Positions 39,881-47,320 of a DNA stretch of 64,000 bases are shown one piece after another. Numbering within the stretch: position 1 is the stretch's first letter; the number at the start of each line of letters is the position of its first letter. Under the pieces are notes generated by a model, which was given only the letters and a program-made list of their open reading frames with translations, had not been told where the DNA came from and made no database searches. The position numbers and the translations under genes were made by a program. This DNA is from an uncultured virus (IMG/VR IMGVR_UViG_3300021559_000316). Lineage: Duplodnaviria > Heunggongvirae > Uroviricota > Caudoviricetes. The DNA lies in the IMG/VR virus record IMGVR_UViG_3300021559_000316; one strand, given 5' to 3'.

Positions 39881-40903
39881 TCACGGAGCGGCGGCGCTAC
39901 CGGAGCGCTTGAAGAACGGCAAGCCCTCCGAGCGCAGTCGCTTGATCCGCGGCCACAAGATGATCCCACCGACGACCACCGCGAGCCCGAGGCCGATCCA
40001 TAGCCCGTACCTCGTGATGAACAAGCCGAACCCGAGCGCGCCCTCGATGATCTGCTCGCCGGCCTTGATGACGTTGCCGCCGATCTGGATCGTCTTCTTG
40101 ACGACGTCCTCGGCGACGCCGAGAACCGTCTTGGCCACACCGATCACCGCGTTGAACAGCTCGGAGATCGGCGCCCACATCGACGGGATGTTCTGGATGA
40201 GGCACGCGGCGTCGCTCGCCGCGTTCATCGCGCTGGAGACATCCTGCAGCGACTTGATCACCCAGTCCTTGAGCAGCGGCGCCTGCACGAGCGACGCGGC
40301 TTGCTGCGATTGTGCAATCGCGGTGACGGCGGCTTCGGAGTAGAGCGCGCCTTGGAGTGAATTGCGGGCGATGTCGTCGAGGCCCTGGTTCAGGTTCTCG
40401 GGGATTCCCGACTGCGCGATGAACGCCGCGAGCCCGAGGCAGCTGGAGTCCGTCACGCCGCAGTTGGCCAGCAGCTCGTCGGAGCTGATGCTCGGCGAAC
40501 GACGCTGGAGGAGCGACACGTCCGGCAGATTCAAGCTCGAAGCGATCGCCTGCTGTTGCTGGTTGATGAGATCGAGCGCCTTCTGGTTCACCGCCGTCAC
40601 GACGCTGACGAGCTTGTTCACGTCGTCGGTCGTGTAGGTTCCCGTCGGCTTCCAGGTCTTGTTCAGATCGTCGATCGCGCCGTCGAACGGCGCCGTCTGC
40701 GCTTGCGCCGACGCGAGGCAGTCGCCCGCGGCGTCACCGAAGCCGCTCAGCGGTACACCGCCGCGCATCACGCCGAACGGCTGCAGCGTCGACTGATCGG
40801 TGCCCGGAGAGAAGTGCAGATCGAACGGCGTCAACGCCGGGTTCTGTGCGGGATCGGAGTTGAACTGCCAGTTTGGAACGATCCCGAGCGACATCGTCGG
40901 CAT
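39881..40903 (-). CDS. helical virion membrane protein with LSGFG motif
   Basis: LSGFGD after a ~55-aa pro-like segment; C-terminal TM + basic tail. Confidence 0.75.
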   Translation of the reverse strand: MPTMSLGIVPNWQFNSDPAQNPALTPFDLHFSPGTDQSTLQPFGVMRGGVPLSGFGDAAGDCLASAQAQTAPFDGAIDDLNKTWKPTGTYTTDDVNKLVSVVTAVNQKALDLINQQQQAIASSLNLPDVSLLQRRSPSISSDELLANCGVTDSSCLGLAAFIAQSGIPENLNQGLDDIARNSLQGALYSEAAVTAIAQSQQAASLVQAPLLKDWVIKSLQDVSSAMNAASDAACLIQNIPSMWAPISELFNAVIGVAKTVLGVAEDVVKKTIQIGGNVIKAGEQIIEGALGFGLFITRYGLWIGLGLAVVVGGIILWPRIKRLRSEGLPFFKRSGSAAAP

Positions 40904-40906
40904 GAA

Positions 40907-41359
40907 TCAACCTGCTTTCGGGCGACCGAAGCCCTGACCGAGCGCGAGCACCGGAACGAGGATCGGGAACATCCCGCCCGCGAAGGACCACCACAGGCCC
41001 CAGCCGATCGATCCGTTGTTGCGCCGGACGCCGTGGTAGCCGCACGCGAGCGCCGAGACCAGCGACGCGATCTTGAAGATACGACTCGACGCGAATCCAC
41101 ATGCATCGAGGAACCGGCACGCCGCGGACACGGCGCTCGGATCGACGCCGCGCGAGAGCAGCTCCTGCGCGGCGGCGACGCGATCGTCACCCGCACCGTA
41201 GAGCTTGAGGAATCCGGCGACGTCGGCGGCCGTCGGCGTCGGCGTCGACGCCAAGAAACCATCGACCTCGGAGGAGAGCGTCGACGAGGTCGCGTCAGGC
41301 GCTATGGCAATCGCGTCGGGCGCGGCGGCCGAAGCATCCTGACCAAGACCATTGAACAT
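40907..41359 (-). CDS. membrane protein starting MFNGLG
   Basis: C-terminal hydrophobic hairpin GYHG.RRN.GS.GW.LWW. Confidence 0.7.
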   Translation of the reverse strand: MFNGLGQDASAAAPDAIAIAPDATSSTLSSEVDGFLASTPTPTAADVAGFLKLYGAGDDRVAAAQELLSRGVDPSAVSAACRFLDACGFASSRIFKIASLVSALACGYHGVRRNNGSIGWGLWWSFAGGMFPILVPVLALGQGFGRPKAG

Positions 41360-41383
41360 GGCTGCATGGTGCCACAAGTAGCA

Positions 41384-41398
41384 CTACGCGGGGAAGTC
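41384..41398 (-). repeat. orphan copy of the DFPA-stop 3' end of the transglutaminase-like gene
   Basis: GAC TTC CCC GCG TAG vs GAC TTC CCG GCG TGA at 41935-41949. Confidence 0.7.
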
Positions 41399-41422
41399 GG
41401 ACCCTCCGAGTACGCTTCGTCT

Positions 41423-41965
41423 GTGGAACCTGAGCCCGTCAAGAAGTGCATCGCCTGCGGTCAGCTCAAGACGTTTCATCGAACGCGAGCGAGCTACTGC
41501 AAGGACTGCTGCAAAGAACATGATCGTGCCTGGCGCGCTCGGAATCCCGACAAGGTCAAAGCGCGGACGAAGAAACGTACGCACAGCCCAGCGCACAAGC
41601 GCCAGACATCGATCTACCGTGCGGTCAGGCGCCGAACGGATCCGACTTTTCGCGAGCGCGAGATCATTCAGAGCCGGCGCAACAAACTAAAGAACGCCTA
41701 CGGACTGACGCTCGAAGACTTCGAGGCCATGAAGTCGACGCAGAACAACTTGTGCGCCATCTGCGGCAAGCCGAATAGCGTGATCAGGTTAGGCCGCGTA
41801 CGCGACCTGAGCGTGGACCACGATCACAAAACCGAGAAGGTTCGCGCGCTGCTCTGCTACCACTGCAACAGCGGGCTAGGCCACTTTCGCGACGACGTTG
41901 AAGTGATGGCGAAGGCGATCACGTACCTCAACCATCACGCCGGGAAGTCGAGCGCCTCAGCGTAG
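41423..41965 (+). CDS. endonuclease VII-family homing endonuclease
   Basis: YGLT..QNNLCAICG..LSVDHDH.T.KVRALLC..CNSGLG.F.DD; TACGCT-N6-GTG. Confidence 0.85.
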   Translation: MEPEPVKKCIACGQLKTFHRTRASYCKDCCKEHDRAWRARNPDKVKARTKKRTHSPAHKRQTSIYRAVRRRTDPTFREREIIQSRRNKLKNAYGLTLEDFEAMKSTQNNLCAICGKPNSVIRLGRVRDLSVDHDHKTEKVRALLCYHCNSGLGHFRDDVEVMAKAITYLNHHAGKSSASA

Positions 41966-42624
41966 GGGACTTCAACTCCGAACTTGTTTCTGCCCGGAAG
42001 AGTTGTGTCGAGCGCCGTCCAGGTCGTCGGATTGTTCTTCGGGAGGCCAGCTAAAGGAAATATATGGGAAAAATCCTCTGCGCTCGATTCTTTCATCACG
42101 CGAAGCCGCGGCGTGATGCCGTTCAAGGCGAGTAGCGTTGCGATCAGAATGCTCTGGTCGTCACAATCGCCCCCGGCGAATTCTACCGTTCTTCTTGCAC
42201 TTTGGTAGAGATCGATGCCCTCGACGTCGCCGTTTGGAAACTGGATCGGCGCGACGTCGCCGGTGTATCGGACGTTCTTCTTGACGAAGTCGTAGATCGC
42301 CTTGGCCTCGCACTCGCCGTCGCGCTCGGCGCACTTCGATGTGATCTGGAGCGCGAGCTTGCGCATCTCGGGATCCTGCACCGACTTGTGCACGAGGTCT
42401 TGGATCGACGCGAGCCGCTCCTCGATCGGCATGTCGGACGAGGCGCGGACGGTAGTCTTCATGTTGCCGTCGGAGTAGCCGTCGATCGCGGGAGCCTGCG
42501 GGAACCGACCCGGCACGTAGCGCGTACGACCAAGCCCGCCACCTTTCCGGCTTCGGTAGTAGAAGTAGCCCGCGATCGCGGCGACTCCGATACCGAGGAG
42601 GATCCACTTCTGGCGCGGCGTCAT
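41935..42624 (-). CDS. membrane-anchored transglutaminase-like (papain-fold Cys-His-Asp) enzyme, candidate maturation protease
   Basis: N-terminal TM + GGGLG; VRYTGD, GDCDD (Cys), FSHIF (His), ALDTT (Asp). Confidence 0.8.
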   Translation of the reverse strand: MTPRQKWILLGIGVAAIAGYFYYRSRKGGGLGRTRYVPGRFPQAPAIDGYSDGNMKTTVRASSDMPIEERLASIQDLVHKSVQDPEMRKLALQITSKCAERDGECEAKAIYDFVKKNVRYTGDVAPIQFPNGDVEGIDLYQSARRTVEFAGGDCDDQSILIATLLALNGITPRLRVMKESSAEDFSHIFPLAGLPKNNPTTWTALDTTLPGRNKFGVEVPYAEALDFPA

Positions 42625-42673
42625 CGGGCTAACGTTATCACGGGTCTCAGCAGCATCGTGATAGGCTCCCACC

Positions 42674-43129
42674 ATGCTTGCCGTCTACGGGCTCGGTCAG
42701 GTGGCTCCCGATTCGTGTAACACCGACAACGATTGCCCGAGCGGCTCGACGTGCAACGCGGTCACGGCGTTCTGCGAACCGATGGGGCCCACGAACGTCG
42801 CGTCATCACCGCAGCCAACGTCGCCGCAGATCACGCCCGCGCCGGGCGTGACGTGCGGGACCGGAGCGATCTGGCAGCCAGCGACGCAATCGTGCGTCTG
42901 CCCGGTGAGTGCACCGATCTGGGATCCGAACGCGCAAGCGTGCACGTCCGGCGGAGCATCACCCGGGATGCAGCTCTCGCCGGTACCGCAGCCGGCCGGC
43001 GTGATCACGACACCGGCGATCGCGGCTGGTCTTCCGCTCGGCGGCAACACGCTGCTCTGGCTGCTCGCGATCGCAGCGGCGGCGGGCGGCGGCTACTACG
43101 TGTACCGACGCGTGAAACGAAACCGGTAA
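42674..43129 (+). CDS. Cys-rich membrane protein, YGLG motif
   Basis: CNTDNDCPSGSTC module; C-terminal TM + RRVKRNR. Confidence 0.75.
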   Translation: MLAVYGLGQVAPDSCNTDNDCPSGSTCNAVTAFCEPMGPTNVASSPQPTSPQITPAPGVTCGTGAIWQPATQSCVCPVSAPIWDPNAQACTSGGASPGMQLSPVPQPAGVITTPAIAAGLPLGGNTLLWLLAIAAAAGGGYYVYRRVKRNR

Positions 43130-43146
43130 GGTGATAGCGTAGGCCC

Positions 43147-43650
43147 ATGCTCTTCTACGGCATCCAAGGCGATCCGGGTCTCGGTCAGCCAGTAGGCTTC
43201 GTTGGCCTCGGCGCGACGGACTGCAGTAGCTACGACAACGACAACGACTGCAACTCCGATCCCAACTGCACGATGGGCGCGAGCGGTTGCATCCCGTACT
43301 CGGGCGGCTCGTCGAGCAACTGCGGCAACTACGACAACGATTCGGATTGCAACGCGCAGTCGGCGTGCGTCTGGAATCCGTCGGGCAGCGGCTCGTGTCG
43401 GCCGTACTCGGGCGGCTTCTCGACGACCGGATCGCCGTCGTCGACGGGCGCGCCCGCACCGAAGGGATCGCAGAGCCAGGGCAGCGGCACGCCGTGGTGG
43501 GCAACGTTGACGACCGCGTTCACGCAAGGTGCAGCGGCCGGGCTCATCAACAAGCCGAAGACGACGACGCAGTCGTTTTTTACCACCCCGCTGGGGCTCG
43601 GCGTGATCGCGGCCGGGATCATCGGACTCGTCGTACTGCTGAGGAAGTAA
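43147..43650 (+). CDS. Cys-rich membrane protein, two GLG motifs
   Basis: C..YDND.DCN...C repeated twice; C-terminal TM. Confidence 0.75.
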   Translation: MLFYGIQGDPGLGQPVGFVGLGATDCSSYDNDNDCNSDPNCTMGASGCIPYSGGSSSNCGNYDNDSDCNAQSACVWNPSGSGSCRPYSGGFSTTGSPSSTGAPAPKGSQSQGSGTPWWATLTTAFTQGAAAGLINKPKTTTQSFFTTPLGLGVIAAGIIGLVVLLRK

Positions 43651-43651
43651 C

Positions 43652-43999
43652 ATGCAGCAGGTCAACGGATCGCTCGGTGACTTCATCAGCGATCTGGAAG
43701 CGATCACGACAACCGGAGCCGAGGTCGCCACCGATCCGTGCTTGTCGCAGGCCATCGATCTGACCAAGCAGTTCCTCGCGAGCTTCCCGCCGGCTCCTCC
43801 CGGTCCTCCTGGTGGAGCGCCTCCGGGATTCCAATTCGGCGGCGTCGGACTCTGCGGCGCGGTCACGCCGCTGAAGTTCGCGATCTTCGTCAACCAGAAC
43901 CGGTGGGTGATCCCGGTCGGGCTCTTCGCGATCATCGCGGGCCTGATCGGCATCGGCTACCGGATCGGCAAGCACTCACACGCCACGGCGGCACCATGA
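43652..43999 (+). CDS. membrane protein, SLGD motif
   Basis: C-terminal TM; coupled to neighbours. Confidence 0.7.
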   Translation: MQQVNGSLGDFISDLEAITTTGAEVATDPCLSQAIDLTKQFLASFPPAPPGPPGGAPPGFQFGGVGLCGAVTPLKFAIFVNQNRWVIPVGLFAIIAGLIGIGYRIGKHSHATAAP

Positions 44000-44319
44000 T
44001 CCAATTCACTCCCAGCGTCGGCGTCGCTCCGGGGACCACCACGATGTCGCTCGGCGACTGCCCGCCCGACGAGCTGTGGCGCTACACGGTGCCGCCGCAA
44101 GTGATCACCGGCCTGCCGTCGGGCGTCGTCGCGCCAGGCAGCGCCGCGGACGTGATCACGCCGGGAGCCGTCGCGGCGACCAATCCCTACGGCACCGAAT
44201 CGCAGCTGCGCGGGCTCGGCGAGCTGACGCCACGCTGGGGCATCGTGCTGTTCGCCGGGATCGCGACCTTCGCGATCGTGCTCGGTGTCGGCTGGCTCAG
44301 GCACCGACGGAAGAAGTAG
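43996..44319 (+). CDS. membrane protein sharing VGVAPGTTT with the candidate MCP
   Basis: ATGA overlap; MSLGD and LRGLGE motifs; C-terminal TM + RHRRKK. Confidence 0.7.
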   Translation: MIQFTPSVGVAPGTTTMSLGDCPPDELWRYTVPPQVITGLPSGVVAPGSAADVITPGAVAATNPYGTESQLRGLGELTPRWGIVLFAGIATFAIVLGVGWLRHRRKK

Positions 44320-44322
44320 CGC

Positions 44323-45171
44323 ATGACGTCCCGTTGGGCGTTCGTGCTCGGTTCCGTGCTGATCGCGATCCCCGTTGCGATCGCGGTGGGGACACGACGC
44401 AAACGATCCCTCGGTGATGACAGCTTCGAAGACGACGACGAAGACGACGACGACGAGCCCTACGGCGGCAAGCTGCGCAAGGATGACGGCGATTGCTTGC
44501 TGCTCGGCAAGGACCACCCGCTCTATAAGTTCGGCGCGTATCGCGTGTGCTTGACCGCGAGCCAGAAGAAGACGCTCTTCCAGAACAAGTCACGCAAGAA
44601 ACTCGGCTGCGGCGTCTTCGCGTGCGCGTACGAAACGTCGGACCCAGGCAAGGTCGTGAAGTTCACGCGTGATGCTGAAGACGTCGCCGCGCTCCTCGAA
44701 GCGCAGAAGCTCGGTGTCGTACCCAAGGTGTACAAGACGTACGAGCTATTCAACCAAGGCGAGTCGGTGGAGACCGGCGAGACCAAGCCCGTCTACGCGC
44801 TCGTCGTCGAGAAGCTGAGACCGTTCTCCCCAGCCGAACGAGAAGTGCTCGACGAGCAGATGTTCAGCGTCAACGACATCCTCAGCGAGCTGAAGCGCGA
44901 TCCAGAGATGAGCGTGGCCGAGGCGTGCGTCGGCATGACGGGCAACGAGTGCGACATGATCACGCGGCAGACGATCGAGGCCGCTCAGAAGCTGCGGGCC
45001 AACGGCATCAACTGGGACGACATCCACTCGGGCAACATCGGGCTCGACAAGAAGGGTGACGTCAAGGTGCTCGACCTCGGCATCACCGGCACGCAGCTGA
45101 AGAAGGCGCCGCAGATCCTGGCCGGCGCGCTCAAGCGGTTGGCAAAGAAGCGCGACGTCCAGCCAATGTGA
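44323..45171 (+). CDS. membrane-anchored protein kinase-like enzyme
   Basis: N-terminal TM, SLGD, acidic run; LGCGVFACAY, VVKFT, DIHSGN, LDLG. Confidence 0.75.
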   Translation: MTSRWAFVLGSVLIAIPVAIAVGTRRKRSLGDDSFEDDDEDDDDEPYGGKLRKDDGDCLLLGKDHPLYKFGAYRVCLTASQKKTLFQNKSRKKLGCGVFACAYETSDPGKVVKFTRDAEDVAALLEAQKLGVVPKVYKTYELFNQGESVETGETKPVYALVVEKLRPFSPAEREVLDEQMFSVNDILSELKRDPEMSVAEACVGMTGNECDMITRQTIEAAQKLRANGINWDDIHSGNIGLDKKGDVKVLDLGITGTQLKKAPQILAGALKRLAKKRDVQPM

Positions 45172-45187
45172 TACCGTAGTCGGCGAG

Positions 45188-45832
45188 ATGCTCGGATTTG
45201 TCGTTGCACCGCTCGGGCAGAAGGTCGACGGCCAGTTCCCCTACGGGATTCAGTACGCGTACGGCGGCGAGGGCAACTATCTGTGCCCGTACGATCCACA
45301 GTGGAACCAGAACGGCGAGGCCGGCTTCTACACCGACACGCGGCTCGGCGGCGGTCTGGCTGGCGGCGTCCCGACGGACGCGGAGCTGGGTCCCGTGTAC
45401 GGCTACACGCCCGACGTCGGCGGCTGGGTGAACGCGGCCGAAGGGTTCTTCCCGGCGCCGTGGCGCGTTCCCGGTGGGTGGAACTCGGCGGGCCGCTACG
45501 GGCCACAGATGAGCCTGTCTGGTTACGGGCTCGGTGTGGCTTCGTGCAACATCGATAGCGACTGCCCCGGCGGACAAACCTGCAACGCTGTCACCGGGCT
45601 CTGCGAGCCGCTGCCGGGCTTGCCAAGATGCTCGGACGTGCCGGCCGGCGATCCATCGCGCAAGCCGCCGAACCAGTGCCTTGCCAATGACGGCACAACG
45701 GTGATGGCGTACCAAACCGACGGTTCGGTCAAACCGGTGGTGATGCTGTCTTTAATGAAACTCGCGATCGGAGCTGGGATCGGGGTGGGTGCCACCGCCA
45801 TCTTGTACTTCTTACTGCGAAGGAAGAAGTAG
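45188..45832 (+). CDS. membrane protein with Cys-rich module after LSGYGLG
   Basis: CNIDSDCPGGQTCNAVTGLCEP; C-terminal TM + RRKK. Confidence 0.75.
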   Translation: MLGFVVAPLGQKVDGQFPYGIQYAYGGEGNYLCPYDPQWNQNGEAGFYTDTRLGGGLAGGVPTDAELGPVYGYTPDVGGWVNAAEGFFPAPWRVPGGWNSAGRYGPQMSLSGYGLGVASCNIDSDCPGGQTCNAVTGLCEPLPGLPRCSDVPAGDPSRKPPNQCLANDGTTVMAYQTDGSVKPVVMLSLMKLAIGAGIGVGATAILYFLLRRKK

Positions 45833-45834
45833 CC

Positions 45835-46077
45835 ATGCTGCAGGCGCGCGTTCTCGGGGACGCGACGACTTCGAACACCGTCACGCTCCCGCCCAACACG
45901 TCGCAGACCGACGCGCAGGCGGTCGTCGACGCGCTCAACGCGCAGAACAATCGAATCTTCAAGGTGACGATCATCTCGACGGTGATCGTCGGGTTCGCGG
46001 CGCTCCTCAACTCGTACCGCATGATCAAACAGCTGCGCCGCGACGAGGCGCTGCTTCGCAAGTCGCTCAAGAAATGA
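45835..46077 (+). CDS. small membrane protein, VLGD motif
   Basis: single TM helix, basic tail. Confidence 0.7.
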   Translation: MLQARVLGDATTSNTVTLPPNTSQTDAQAVVDALNAQNNRIFKVTIISTVIVGFAALLNSYRMIKQLRRDEALLRKSLKK

Positions 46078-46587
46078 TCACTTGACGTGCTTCCAACGCT
46101 TGCCGTTGACGACACCACGCACTAGCGCACGCGACACGTCGCCAAGACGGCGCGCTATGTCTGCGTGCGTCCAACCGTCATTAGCTAGACGACGAATTAG
46201 GCGGACCTTGTCCTCGTTAAGCTTCGCGGTACCGGTGGCTTGTCGGCCGCGCGATATGCAGTCCGCGACGTTCTGAGCGTGGCTTCCTGGCTCTAGATGC
46301 TGAAGCGCCACGCATGCCGGTGTATCGCACGTGTGGCGCAGAATTCGATCTCCTAGAGGACCGTGCACGCGCTCGTACAACCAGCGATGCGCGAACGGCA
46401 TGGTCCAAGCCCCATCGGCAGAACGCACACGGAAGACGCCATAACCTTGATGAAGACCGGCTGCCCAAACGACACACGCGCCGACGACCTTTGTCTTCTG
46501 CCAAAAACGCTCCATCACGGTGCGCCTCGGCCATCGTCCGGTTTGCTTCATACCATCTTTTTTTGGTAGCTTTGACACGTGGTTCAC
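46078..46587 (-). CDS. HNH homing endonuclease
   Basis: RFW.K..C.VW..GYG.F..AHR..Y..RHTCDTPACV...HL..G...NV.D; C-terminal HTH. Confidence 0.85.
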   Translation of the reverse strand: MNHVSKLPKKDGMKQTGRWPRRTVMERFWQKTKVVGACVVWAAGLHQGYGVFRVRSADGAWTMPFAHRWLYERVHGPLGDRILRHTCDTPACVALQHLEPGSHAQNVADCISRGRQATGTAKLNEDKVRLIRRLANDGWTHADIARRLGDVSRALVRGVVNGKRWKHVK

Positions 46588-46986
46588 GAGGCCGCTCTTC
46601 CTACTTACAGAACCGCAGCCGCTGTTCTCGAAGGTAAAACAGGATCTGGGTTTGGCCTTGCTGGATGGACAATAGCTCGAATTATTCTAATCGCGCCGCC
46701 CTTCATGGCCGTCGGCGTTCCCGCGAAGCAGGCATTCTTCGGCGCTGCGCTCGCGTCCGCGCTCATCAGCTCACTCGCGCTCCTGCGGATCGCGAAGGCC
46801 GGGCCGATGACGCCACTCGGCGGCAAGCGCGGGCTCGGTGAGCGCTTCCGAGTCCACGCCAAGCATCCGCGGCTTCGCGGCTCGCAGAGCATCTGCATCG
46901 ACGCGCCTTCGAAGAAGATCGCTCGCGAGCGCGTCGAGGCGACCGCTCGCGGCGTTCGCGTTACTCGGATTGGCCGCGGCTGCTAG
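46579..46986 (+). CDS. membrane protein with RGLGE motif and basic C-terminal domain
   Basis: hydrophobic core; TGGTAGCTT-N6-GTG promoter. Confidence 0.7.
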   Translation: MVHEAALPTYRTAAAVLEGKTGSGFGLAGWTIARIILIAPPFMAVGVPAKQAFFGAALASALISSLALLRIAKAGPMTPLGGKRGLGERFRVHAKHPRLRGSQSICIDAPSKKIARERVEATARGVRVTRIGRGC

Positions 46987-47287
46987 CGGGCTCGTCCTTG
47001 GCCCGGTGCCGCCACGCGCTCCAGCCGAGGATCGGCGGTAGCGACGGCCAGATCGTGCCGAACACTAGCGAGGTCGCGACGATGCTGATGACGAGCGTGA
47101 ACGCGTTGATCGGCTGATCGACGAGCATCTTACTCACCGCGCGCGCCCGTTCGAACAGAAGGATCGTGCAGATGACGAACACGAACAGCGCGACGGCTAG
47201 ATACACGTTGGGACCCAACCAGAGCGCGACCGAGCCCGAGAACCCCAGCGCGATCAGCACCTGACCAAGTTCGGCGAGGATCTTCAC
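46961..47287 (-). CDS. multi-pass membrane protein
   Basis: three hydrophobic helices. Confidence 0.65.
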   Translation of the reverse strand: MKILAELGQVLIALGFSGSVALWLGPNVYLAVALFVFVICTILLFERARAVSKMLVDQPINAFTLVISIVATSLVFGTIWPSLPPILGWSAWRHRAKDEPASSRGQSE

Positions 47288-47320
47288 GCGCTCGTTCTAC
47301 ACGATGGGTACGACAGCTGG

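Noticed and set aside
40556..41422. N-terminal 289 aa of the 469-aa EndoVII ORF
   Set aside because: Antisense to two real genes; a leaderless promoter places the true start at 41423.
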